Assembly (NCBI GenBank): GCA_965224705.1
Contig: OZ245056.1
Span: forward strand, 2,880,001 to 2,944,000
Direction of reading: 5' to 3'
Source of the DNA: Spirochaetaceae bacterium
Lineage (GTDB): Bacteria; Spirochaetota; Spirochaetia; DSM-2461
DNA length: 64,000 bases
Part shown: positions 9,955-20,891 of the stretch, piece after piece
How the letters are laid out: each line of letters starts with the position of its first letter
How positions within the stretch are numbered: position 1 is the stretch's first letter
Translations under genes and position numbers: made by a program
Notes under the pieces: model-generated
Seen by the model: the letters and a program-made list of their open reading frames with translations, nothing else
Databases searched by the model: none
Told to the model about the DNA's origin: nothing

Positions 9955-11583
9955 TCACTTCGGCGCAAAATCGCGCCCATTATGCTTTTTCCCCCGCAAA
10001 TGCTCAGGTGCATCTTCAGGATATTCGCCGTAGGGTGCTGTTTCCTTTCCCCCTTCACCCAGCGGATTTTCTGGTCCTGGATCAACAAAATCCCACCCGC
10101 CTTCACCATCCGGCTCCAGTTTTTCATGATGTACATGAGGCCCGCTTGAATCTCCGTCCTCATTTTCGTCCGTCTCAATTCGGCCAAGATAGTCACCCTT
10201 CTTTACAGGGTCACCATGATTCAATCCGTTATTCTTTACGGAATTTTCATTCATATGCCCATCATTATGCCAATTGCCTTTTTCATCCAATGCGGAGCTG
10301 TAATAACCAAGTCCGAAATTATGATTGTTTGGATCATCCCACTGACTCCCCTTATATGTCCCATCTACTGTGGAAAATACATTGTATCCATCTGCAGGTT
10401 TCTGCCCATCCTCAGTAGCCAGCCCCCAAAGATCCACATGATTCACCGGATCATTCCCCGTATACACATACCAGTTCATCCCATCCCGAATCGGATCCAC
10501 CGTCGTAAACCGTCCCAATTCAGGCCGGTAATCTCTGTACCCGTAGTTATACAGCCCCGTAAGCGGATCAAAAGGCTTCCCAACATACCCCCTCCGGTCG
10601 GTTTCAATGCTTGCTTCTAGGGGGGAGCCAAACACATCGTAACCGTATGAATCTTCCAGCTGCCCCGAAACGGTAAAGGTTGCCTGTACTGTTCCATGAA
10701 AATCCCCGGTGTAATAACTCTGATTCCCCCCGCCGTCTATCTCAGCCAAAGCACGGCTTCCGGCGATCAGAAAACTCCGGCTCCGGTGGCCGCTGACCGC
10801 CGGCCTCACATCCGGTTCGCAGCGCCGGTAGCGGGTGGGGGCGGCGTTGTTAAGAGCATCCACCCGAAGATCATTTTCCAGCTGCATGGGGATGGTGCCG
10901 ATTTGGGTGCGCTCTTCCATGGGATTCAAGCCGAAATCCCCGCAGCGGTAGAGGGTGCGCTCCCCGGACGATGTCGTGCGGCTCTGACGGCGGCCTAAAG
11001 CATCGTAGGTGTAGGAGAGGGTGTTGGAGCCGCTTTCAAATCCGGCAAGGCCCACCGTGCCCCGGCGGCTCATCTGGACGCCGGTCATCCGATTGCGGGC
11101 GTTATAGCTGTAATCGGCCGTCGAGCGTTCCACCCGTTCCTGAATCAGATTGCCGTTTCCATCGTAGTCAAAATGCCTTTGGCCGCCGCTAAAATGCACC
11201 CTTCGCGTTCCAGGCGGGGCTATCTTTTTCCAAACCGCCAGCACTTCGGCATCACCGCTGTTTTTCAGGGTGCGGAACTGATTCAAAGCCCCCTCGCCCG
11301 GTGAAAAATAGTAGGCGCTCCTTAAATCGGGGTCAAAAAGTTCAGGATAGACTTTTGATTTATTGCTGACCAGCTTCATGATATCGGCTTTCAGTGTAAC
11401 TTCACCGGGGTCGAAGTTCAACAGGTATTGGATAAAAGAATCCCCTCCGGGGGAACGCTGCTGCGGGAAAAGCCCTGCATCCAGACGATCTCTATTTTCT
11501 TCCTTACTAACGCTTAAAAGTTCACCCCTTTGCCCGTAGGTGTAGACCTCGCTGATTATCCCGTCCCGCAGAACATGGGACTT
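9955..11583 (-). pseudogene. Module C: Rhs core fragment plus M23-like toxin tip (in frame, no native start)
   Basis: YNYGYRDYRPELGRFTTVDP...NDPVNHVDLWGL, then GDPVKKGDYLG, GPHVHHE, HNGRDFA; two in-frame core deletions. Confidence 0.85.
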
Positions 11584-11642
11584 ATTGGAGATGGCCCGAA
11601 TTCTGCCGAGAGATTTTGGTGAATGATTTTTGAGGTAGCACG
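11584..11642 (+). repeat. rve-element terminus, copy 3
   Basis: attggagatggcccgaattctgccgagagattttggtgaatgatttttgaggtagcacg. Confidence 0.85.
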
Positions 11643-11897
11643 GGGGTTCGAGAAGAATTTTGGGAGTGCTCAAAATCTTAGCATAGCGATAGAAGTTTCT
11701 CCCGAGACGGTTCGCCGAACGATTCAGTGGGGATGAAAGCTGGAAAACATTTTTCCCACTGGAGATTGGAAAAGATTCCTAAAGAGTCACTGGAATTTAC
11801 TCTTTTGCTGTGATTTTTTGACGGTTGAGACATCAGGATTTCGACGCTTCTATGTGTTTTTTATCATGGAACTTAAAAGCTAAAAGATCGTGCAGTT
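11643..11897 (+). mobile_element. Second internal fragment of the rve element
   Basis: GSRRILGVLKIL...VSPETVRR...WKRFLKSHWNLLFCCDFLTVE; highly similar to 8075-8220. Confidence 0.8.
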
Positions 11898-12410
11898 CGC
11901 TTAGTGTCAAGCAAGTTGTCACGATCATCCTGCTTTTTTATATAAAAACTTTCTGGTTTCCCGTGAAGGATTCAGGTAGACAACCATACGCTCCCTCCAC
12001 ATCCGGGGACCCCTTTTCGGAAAACGTTCAGGGTGCTTCTTCCATGCCTCCTGAAGTGTCCGGTTCCTTCTGGCGAATAGGTTGGATGATGCACCTGTTC
12101 GACGCTGTAGTGGTGTGACATAACCGATTCCCGAATGCCTATGAATTGTGTTATACCAGTTGACGAAATCTGCCGTCCAACTCCTGGCCTCATCAATAGC
12201 GGCAAAGCGCCGTGGATAACCAGCATGGTATTTCAAAGTCCTGAAGAATGACTCTATGAATGGATTATCATTCTTCACCAGGGGCCGGGAGTGCGAAAGG
12301 AACATACCCATGTTGGCCAGAGTAACAGCAAAGGTTGCTCCCCGCATGGGATTTCCATTGTCCGCATGAAGCCAGGTTCCCTTGAGATCTCGTTTCGCTT
12401 TAATTCTAAG

Positions 12411-14379
12411 CCGAAGTTTTTGGCGAAGAAGTTAGTAATTCTCTATCAAAAAAAGATTTACAAATAAATTCTGTGTTGTTTACTGCTTACACCTCCCTAT
12501 TCGCATGGGATTGTACTGTACGTTTAGCAACTCAAATACCTTTGTATGAAAAGGATTTAACTCACTTCCCTGCGAGTAGCAGGGGGCGTTATCCACGGCA
12601 GGTCGAATGTCGATGATGGCTACAGCCGAAAGAGAATCAATAAGGGATCGAAAGCTCATCACGGGATATCCTTCTTCGTTAACTTTATGTTCTGCTTTGT
12701 GATTGCCATGAGGTGAACGCAAAGCCTTCCTCACCGGTGAGCTTTGCCTGCTTCTGTCTTGATACTCATCCATAAACAGCAGAGGTTTGAGTTTTTCCCT
12801 CATAGCAAACTCTACGTAATAGGCAAGCAAGCACAGATAAAAGTGCCCTTTAACCCGACTTGCAAGACGATGATGAATGGGACGGGCCTGTAGTCCGGCT
12901 ATTTTCAAGCAGCGAAACACTTCCTCCACTCGTTGAAGATTTTTGTAGTTCTCCACACATTCTGGTGTTTGCATTCTATCGCTTTCCACATTGGTACGCA
13001 GGATATAAATACCGTCACAGGCCTCTTCCTGTCCGATGGATTCTTCGTTTCGAGAAAACAAAAAGTCATCGTCCCTGATCTCTACATTGAAATGCTTGCC
13101 CATTTTATACTTTCCAATAATTCGGCCATAGCGTTCGGCAATCTTCACTTTGCCCCGTAAAGCTCTTTTTTCCCTTCTTGCGGCTTTCTGGATGGCACTT
13201 AACTTATCTTCAGCTGCACTCAACAGTTCCCGCCGTTTCTTCCTGCGTTCCTGAGCAAGATAAGGATTGCGGCACACGATAAGCCGTTCTCCGGGAAAGT
13301 CTTCGCTGTGTATTTCCCATAAATCCGTTTCATCAAAGAGTTCCGGGGTAATACTCTGGGTAGTAACCAGTTTCTTGACCGCTGGAGCACTCAAGGCTCC
13401 AAGCCATCTTACCCAATCCCCATTGTCAAGCATCTCTTCTTTAATGTTTTTGGCTGTAACCATTCCCCGATCACCGACAAACACTATTGCTTTGCCCAGC
13501 TTCCTTAACTTTTCAAGCTGCTCTGCTGCGGTAGTGCTGTCACTTCTATTGCCCTTAAATACTTGAGCTCCAACCGGAACGCCGTATCGATTTGTCATGA
13601 CACCTAACTCTATTTGCCGTTTACCCCTTTTCCCGTCCCGGCTATATCCGTATTCGGCAAGTGAACAGTGAGAACCTTCATACCAAAAGGAACTCAAGTC
13701 GTACAGCAAGATCGTATCATCCTTGAGATGACGGTTTCTTAATCGCTGTTCAATACTTCCCCACTGCTCTTCCAGATTATCAAGTGCTCCGTAAAGATCA
13801 GCAGGCTTGACTTCTCCCAGACCAAGAATGCGGTTCAAAGAGCTATGTGTATTCTTTTCATCAAGAGCATAAGCGGTCGCAAGCTTTGATGCAGGGTGAA
13901 TAATCCTCTGGGCGATCATTGCCTTAATCAGCATCAGGTTATCAGGAGACACACCTTTAAGAAGACTCTCTATGTTGAGTTGTTTCATGGTTTGAATGAT
14001 GGCCAGAGAGTGTCCGTGGGCGTAGGATCGTTCAATCGTGAACATTTTATCCGGAGAGATAATTCTTGCTCCCTTAAGCAGAGCATGAAATCCTTCTCTA
14101 ATTTCTGCCGGCCAATCAGTGAGATTGGCTATTGTTGTAGTCGTGGGTTTTCCATTGACGCGGGTTGATTTTCGAAGGAGCCAGCAGCCTGGAGAGTTTC
14201 TATTTTTGATATACTGGATATACATGTGCTGTATTATAGCATGTATTATTTATATGTCAAGCTATTAGCAATAGAAAAATTCATATTACATGCGTACATT
14301 TTCCTGTTTTTTTAGCGGTATATTCTTGTAACTTTTTTCAGAAAAAGAAATTAACTGGATTTTGCGCCAAAAACTTCGG
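12411..14379 (-). mobile_element. IS1634-family element, apparently intact
   Basis: 15-bp IRs CCGAAGTTTTTGGCG; 6-bp target duplication TCTAAG; removal restores IS3 orfB (ELFLR|IKAKRDLKG). Confidence 0.9.
12480..14225 (-). CDS. IS1634-family transposase
   Basis: 581 aa; LYDLSS, YGYSRDGK, FVGDRGM, YKNLQRVEEVFRCLK. Confidence 0.9.
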   Translation of the reverse strand: MYIQYIKNRNSPGCWLLRKSTRVNGKPTTTTIANLTDWPAEIREGFHALLKGARIISPDKMFTIERSYAHGHSLAIIQTMKQLNIESLLKGVSPDNLMLIKAMIAQRIIHPASKLATAYALDEKNTHSSLNRILGLGEVKPADLYGALDNLEEQWGSIEQRLRNRHLKDDTILLYDLSSFWYEGSHCSLAEYGYSRDGKRGKRQIELGVMTNRYGVPVGAQVFKGNRSDSTTAAEQLEKLRKLGKAIVFVGDRGMVTAKNIKEEMLDNGDWVRWLGALSAPAVKKLVTTQSITPELFDETDLWEIHSEDFPGERLIVCRNPYLAQERRKKRRELLSAAEDKLSAIQKAARREKRALRGKVKIAERYGRIIGKYKMGKHFNVEIRDDDFLFSRNEESIGQEEACDGIYILRTNVESDRMQTPECVENYKNLQRVEEVFRCLKIAGLQARPIHHRLASRVKGHFYLCLLAYYVEFAMREKLKPLLFMDEYQDRSRQSSPVRKALRSPHGNHKAEHKVNEEGYPVMSFRSLIDSLSAVAIIDIRPAVDNAPCYSQGSELNPFHTKVFELLNVQYNPMRIGRCKQ

Positions 14380-15323
14380 TCTAAGGAATAACTCTCTGGC
14401 ATATTTTTCCGACTCAGAATCATGGATGGTCCAGCCAACAATCTCACGGCTCCAAACGTCAATGACAGCATAGGCATACCAGAATAGACCATTCACCTGA
14501 GAGGGCATCCATGTAATATCCCAGGAATACACTTGATCCGGGCCGGTCGCTTTAAGTTCCGGCGGTCTGTAGGACTTTCTCGGCGGCTTTGAGCTTCGCC
14601 TGTGAGAAAGGAGTCCCCGCTGCTTCAACACTCGATAGAATGTTCTGGGACTTGCAAGGTAAGTGTCTTCTTCAGCAAGGATTGCAACAATTTCATAAGG
14701 ATTGGTATCCACAAACCTCTTAGAGCAGCATACAGCAACGATCGCATCCTTTTCCTGTTCGCTTAAGGCTCTGGGATTCGCCCTTGCCTTACCTGAGCGT
14801 TTATCATCGGAGCATTGAGTCCACCGGTAGTACGTTCTTGTTTGAATCCCCAGAGCATCACAGCATTTGTAGATTGGAGCCCCTAAAGCCACAGCCTCCT
14901 TGATATCAGAAACAATCTGTTTCTTCACACTACGATGAGTCACTCGTCCTCGGCCTCCTGAAACAGAAGAGATGTTTTTTTTTGAAGTGCTATGATTGTC
15001 GACATCTCTGCAAGAGCCTTGTCCTTACGGTTAAGCTCTTTATCCCTCTTTTTCAGCTCCTTGCGAATCTCCCTCATCTCCCGGGACTTATCCCCACCTT
15101 TCTGATCAACAAGAGCCCGGAGTTCTTGTTCCCATAGCCCAATTAGTCGTGTACACATACCAGTTCCGCCCATCCGAATTCCTCTGAGAGATCAGCTGCC
15201 TTCCGCTTCTCCGGGCCGATCATCTTTTGCAAGATAGTATTCCTGAATTGAACACTGTACCTCTGCATGTTGTCAGCTCCTACGTTGACTTAACTTGTGT
15301 GACAACTACTTTGGCACAGCGCG

Positions 15324-15334
15324 GGGGTAGCACG
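15324..15334 (+). repeat. Terminal fragment of rve-element end, copy 4
   Basis: ggggtagcacg, 34 bp past the stop codon of 15369-15734. Confidence 0.55.
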
Positions 15335-15368
15335 GCACGGGAAACAGCTAAAATTTCAGAAAAATAAG

Positions 15369-15734
15369 TTACCTTTCCGAATACTCAATTGTTATGTTTT
15401 TATAATTATTTTGCTTAACATAGATATGATTTGATGGACAATCGTGAGAAATTATTAAATGATCAGCATCACGCCAAGTTACACTTACATTTGTGCTATG
15501 ACTTCCAATAAAAACATTTCCTGTCACATTATTTTTTAATTTTTTTGTTGTCTTCATTATTGATACCTGAGGTGAGAATGAAGTTGTTGCCCCACAGTTT
15601 CGCAAAAAAGCGACTGCCTTTAAGTCACCAGAAGGGGACTCCTTTTCACTGATGATTTCATTTTCACACATTGCCGTACATCCTGATAAAATGAGTATGC
15701 TACAAATCCCAGTAATTATGATTATTCTTTTCAT
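15369..15734 (-). CDS. Module D putative immunity lipoprotein (DUF5412-like)
   Basis: Lipobox ILSGC; SPSGDLKAVAFLRNCGATTSFS. Confidence 0.75.
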   Translation of the reverse strand: MKRIIIITGICSILILSGCTAMCENEIISEKESPSGDLKAVAFLRNCGATTSFSPQVSIMKTTKKLKNNVTGNVFIGSHSTNVSVTWRDADHLIISHDCPSNHIYVKQNNYKNITIEYSER

Positions 15735-15782
15735 ATAAAATTCTTAATCTATTGTCCACTTGCTTTTAATGCTTCTTGTTGT

Positions 15783-16065
15783 CTAATAATCAATACCTGC
15801 TTTTATTTGAACTTGGTCAGCGGGGGCATCACCATATGGAGCAGAGCCCCAAGGGTTTCCCCACTCAGGCTTTGAAGTTCCTGCCTCTGTTTGAGCCCAG
15901 ACAGCATCTCGTAATAATACTTGTTCAGGAATACTTATTGAAGCCCCAGTAGCACCAAAGTTAAAATTACCGAAATCTTGATACTCTGAGCCTTGTTGCT
16001 TATAATCCCATTCTCCTTTGTTTTTTTACAGCATTGTACTACTCTTTGTACCCCATATCTTTTGC
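15783..16065 (-). pseudogene. Module D toxin tip, Ntox44-like, inactivated
   Basis: Manual translation: E*YNAVK/NKGEWDYKQQGSEYQDFGNFNFGATG...LLR..VWAQ...PYGDAPADQVQIKAGIDY; nonsense at 16039 and frameshift in A7 run. Confidence 0.75.
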
Positions 16066-19000
16066 CTTCCGTAGATCGCTTTCCAGCTGCATGGGGATGC
16101 TGCCGATTTGGGTGCGCTCTTCCATGGGATTCAAGCCGAAATCCCCGTAGCGGTAGAGGGTGCGCTCTCCGGCCGATGTCGTGCGGCTCTGGCGGCGGCC
16201 TAAAGCATCGTAGGTGTAGGAGAGGGTGTTGGAGCCGCTTTCAAATTCGGCAAGGCCCACCGTGCCCCGGCGGCGCATCTGGACACCTTTCATCCGATTG
16301 CGGGCGTTATAGCTGTAATCGGCCGTCGAGCGTTCCACCCGTTCCTGAATCAGGTTGCCGTTTCCATCGTAGTCAAAATGCCTTTGGCCCCTCTGGATCA
16401 GCTGATTCTCCTGCCCGTAGCGGCTTTCAATCATCCCCCAGCCGTTCTGGATGCTCGCGCGGTTTCCGGCGCTGTCGTATTGATAATACTCGCTCCACTG
16501 GCAGCCGCTAAAATGCACCCTTTGCGTTCCAGGCGGGGCGATCTCTTTCCAAACCGCCAGAACTTCGGCATCACCGCTGTTTTTCAGGGTGCGGAACTGA
16601 TTCAAAGCCCCCTCTCCCGGTGAAAAATAGTAGGCGCTGCTTAAATCGGGGTCAAAAAGTTCTGGATAGACTTTTGATTTATCGCTGACCAATTTCATAA
16701 TATCGGCTTTCAGTGTAACTTCGCCGGGGTCGGAGTTCAACAGGTATTGGATAAAAGAATCCCCTCCGGGGGAACGCTGCTGCGGGAAAAGCCCTGCGTC
16801 CAGACGATCTCTGTAGCTTTTTAAGAGAATCTCATCCGAAAAGGGGTAGCTGACACGGGCCAGACGGTCCATATCGTCGTACTCGAATTCCCGCACCTTG
16901 CCTGTATGCCTCACAATGCGGCTTCTTTGACCCCCGGAGTTGTACACATAACCCTCGCCCCAAAGAAAATCATAGCGCATAGAGCCGGTTTCCCTGTAAG
17001 CTGATACCCCGACCGGACGGCCCCAATCATCGTAAATGCGCCGCTGTTCCACTCCCCCGGGGAACTGGCGGAGGATTTCCCGGCCCATCACATCGTATTC
17101 AAAGCGGATATCCTGATTCTCTTCGTCACTAACGCTTAGAAGTTCGCCCCTTTGCCCGTAGGTGTAAACCTCGCGGATGATACCGTCCCGCAGAACATGG
17201 GTCTTGTTACCCCGCTCATCGTAGCGGAAACCGATATCAGAGCTGAACCGATCATCGGTTTCCCGGATCAGCCGGTTTAATTCATCGTATTCGTAAAAAA
17301 GCCGATTTCCCTCTTCGCCTGCGGCTTCCAGAAGATTGCCAACCGCATCGTAGCGGTAGGAGACTTCAGTGCCCCTTTCATAACGCTCCTGGATTATCCT
17401 GTTGTAATCATCGTAGCTGTAATGGGTCGAGTGCCCGTTAAAGTCAATGATTTCCGATAAAAGGCTCCCCTGATAGCGAAGCGTGCGGGTGTGTCCGTTC
17501 TGGCTGGTCTGTGATATCAAACGCCCCAGTTCATCGTAGCGGGCATAGCGGCGATGGCCCAAAGGATCGGTGTCGCTGAGAAGATCCCCCGCCGCCGAGC
17601 GCCCGTAGCGGTAGAAAATCCCCTTGCCGGGACTGTAGCTGGTCAAATAGCCTAAATCATCGTATTCAAAACTCTCAATCCGGCCGGTCGGCAGAATCTT
17701 CTCAACCATGTGACCGGATTGGTCATACCGGTAAACCTCGTAAAACCCTCCGGGAAGTGCCCCCCGGATCATCCGGCCCTGTCCGTCGTATTCGTAGCGG
17801 TATTCCCCGCCTCCTGAATCACTCACCTCAACAAGTTGATCCGCCGCATCGTAGCGGTAGGTGTAGAGTGCCCCCTCATCCCCATAGGGATCGCCACTCT
17901 GGACAAGGCGGCCCAATTCATCGTACCTCCGGCTCCACTCTCCCCCCGCTTCATCAGTAATCAAGACAAGACGATCCATATCATCATAGCTGTATAACAC
18001 TTCGCCGCCGCCAGGATCAGTCTTTTTGACAGGACGGTCATACCCGTCGTATTCCAGCTGAGTCACCCGCCCAAGAGCATCTTCTATTTCGCTTAAAAGA
18101 CCGCTCCGGCTATCGTAGCGGCGGCGCTCGATAACGGTGCTATCCGGACCTATCACCTGAATCAGCCGATCCAGATTGTCATAGATAAACCGATAGGTCA
18201 GTCCATCCTCTCCGGTTCTGGCACTCAGACGGCCCAGACGGTCGTAGCTCTGATTCTCGGATATCATCCCCCGGCCGGTTTCGGCGACCCGGCCCATCGC
18301 ATCGTAGCGGTAGAGGGTATCAAGATCCCATAAATCGCTGAAAGATCTCAGCCTCCCATACTCCCAGCTGTAATGCTGCTCGGCAAGGCTCCCCTGATAA
18401 AAGGCTCCATCAAAGCGGCCGTTTTGATAGCGTCCATAACTTTCCCGGATCAGCTGCGAATGGCTGTCATAGGCGTAGCTGACAGCCCGCCCTTCCCCGT
18501 CATGGAGTAAATCAAGACGGCCCCCGGGCCCGTAGAGGTAGCTCTCCGAAGCGGAAAGCTGATCGTTTTTGTAGGAGATTTTCCCAGCAAGATAGCCTCC
18601 CTCACTGTAGCTGTATTCTTCCCGGTACACATCGGGATTCTCTTTTCCGCCGACAAAGCGGCTCATAGGCTTCTCATCTTCCCGGTAAACCCGGTACTCA
18701 ACCCGCAGATAGCGGCTCTTAAGATCATCAAAATCAAGGGATGCGTAATCGATATTCGCATCAGGAAACCCGCTTTGATCAGCAAGTCCGTCTATCCGGT
18801 AGATCAGCTTGTGACGCCTGTCGTAGATCAAACGGCTCCATACCCCGTCAAAACTGCGCACCCAGATCAAATCCTTGCGGTTATTGTATTCATAAAGCTC
18901 TCCCCGGCTCTGCTGCCCATCGGTGCTGTGTAAAGTCCGCTCTGTCAAACGCCCCTCACCATCATAGGCGAAGCTCATCTGCCGCCCTTCGACGCTTTCC

Positions 19001-19986
19001 CCGGCCAAAAGTCCCCCGGCCGTATAGCTCCGGGTAATCTGACTCCCGTCCGGGTAACTTGCACCGATTAAGCGGCCAAAGCCATCATAACTGTAGCTGT
19101 ATTGGTTTCCATGACGGTCTCTGTAGCTTGTAAGAATACCGGCGGCCAATGGGGCATAGCTCATAAGCTCCCGGCTGCCGTCGCTGTGGAGAATCTCCTC
19201 GACCTCTCCCCGATCGCTGTAACTGTATCGTGTCTCCCTTCCCAAACGGTCGGTATGGGAGAGCAGCTGACCGTTCGCATCATCATAGTCAAACTCCTCC
19301 AGGCTCCCATCAGAATGCTCCACCCGGCTTTCCTTGTGGGGAGATGCAAACTCATACTTCTCCCATACTCCCGAAGAATTTGTATAGAGGGTGCTTTGAA
19401 CTTCTCCCTCAGCGTCAAAGCTGTATTCAAAGCTCTCGGTGTTTCCTTCCTCATCAGTTGTTCCAACCACCATCTGGTGACCTTCCACATCCTGATACAG
19501 CAGGTCAATTTGACTCCCGTCGGCTTTCACAATCTCATCAAGGCGTCCATCCAGACGGTATTGGTAACCGGTCGTATCCCCTGAAAAATCGGTGACTCCG
19601 CTTAAATAATCCCCGCTGTAACTGTAGCGGATTTGCCGATTGGCGTAATCATCTATCCCGGCCAAACGCTCTCCGTTCCACAGTAAATCAATAACTCGGC
19701 CCGAATCATCGGTAATCTCTTCCAATCGGCCTTCTTCCCAGCGTAAATCGTACCCGGCTCCAGAGCGGTTTTCAATTCGAAACACCCGCCCGTACAAGTC
19801 GTAGTACCATAAGGTCAAATCGCTTGACTTTTCCCGAACCAATACTCCGTCACTGCGCAGAAAAAGCTTATCCCCCCCGGGGTTATCAACCGGTTCTAAG
19901 GCCGTCCCCGCCGGGTAAAAGTTAAATATGGCTCCGCTGTCTTCCGGGGCGGCAGAGGTGTAACCGTTATCATAGTCCAAAGGCAT
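16039..19986 (-). pseudogene. Longest Rhs/YD-repeat core fragment (1315 aa), no native N-terminus, DPxG region deleted
   Basis: Dense YD repeats; jumps from QLESDLR directly into the toxin tip, lacking the GRFTTVDP...DPxG segment seen in other copies. Confidence 0.85.
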
Positions 19987-20026
19987 TTTGCCGGGGCTTT
20001 GGTGATGGCCGTTCAGGTACTGATGA

Positions 20027-20760
20027 TCATAACGGCGAAGCTGGAGGGGGCGGGGCTGTCACATGGACTCCCAGGATGCGGTGGCGGAGTTTGTGCCGTC
20101 TGTCGTAGAGAAAGTAGTGGCGGATTTCATCGTTGATGGTGGTGGACAGGCGGTCTTTGCGGCTGTTGTAGGCATACTCTTCCCGGTAGCTGATTCTTCC
20201 GTCTTTGCCGTAGGTGATGAGGCTCGTCAGGAGGCCATCGGGGCGGAAGGTGAAGGCTTCCCGTATTCCATTGGCATAGATTCTTTCGGCCAGGCTGCCC
20301 GCTGCGTCATAGCTTCGCTCTTCGACGGTGGTATTGTCGATCTTCACTGTGGTGAGCTGACCGTAGGGGTCGTATTGGTAGGTCCAGAGGCTGTTTTCTA
20401 TCTGCCTTGAGGCGAGCAGGCCTTCGCTGTTGTAGGTGAAGGTTTCCTCGTTTGAGATTTGGCCCATGGGGTATGTAATCCGGACCAGCTGGCCGCCGGC
20501 ATTGTAATCATAGGTGGTGGTGTTTCCCCGCCGGTCCCGGAAGCTGGTGATTTGCCGTCCGCTGTTCCGGTAGGAGCTTTCCGTGTAGCTGCCGTCTCCG
20601 TAGGTGGTTTTGGTGATGCTGCCGAAGTTGTCGTATTCGTAGCGGAGTGTTTCGCCGGTTGGGAGTACTTCCTGGGTTACTTGGCGGAGGGGGTTGTATG
20701 TTTTTTCGTGAAAGCTTCCGTCCGAATAGCTTGTCTTGGTCACCAAATGATCGTTTATCT
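20027..20760 (-). pseudogene. Fragment of a second, divergent Rhs paralogue
   Basis: YD repeats; EEYAYNSRKD...LYDRRHKLRHRILG aligns with ELYEYNNRKD...IYDRRHKLIYRIDG of the main core at low identity. Confidence 0.75.
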
Positions 20761-20891
20761 GATGGACTTCCTTTAGAACATACCCAGTATCATCCAATTT
20801 ACCTTTATCATATAATCCTTGTGTATTTTCAAAATGAGGCTTATCGTCAAATGAAGCGTCCACCCGTACTCCAGAACCTGACGCAGCAAAA

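Larger units (their letters stand above)
11898..15323 (-). mobile_element. IS3-family element (orfA 14940-15268 damaged, orfB 11925-14943 split by IS1634)
   Basis: DDE motifs YSWDITW, IDVWSR, HADNG, DNPFIESFFRTLK; A9 slippery run near 14975-14983; imperfect IRs cgcttagtgtcaagcaagttgtcac / gtgacaactactttggcacagcgcg. Confidence 0.85.

Noticed and set aside
11584..11673. ORF-track N-terminus MSTPKILLEPP... as the true start of module C
   Set aside because: It is read from the reverse complement of the rve terminus and fragment, not Rhs sequence; no evidence of use.
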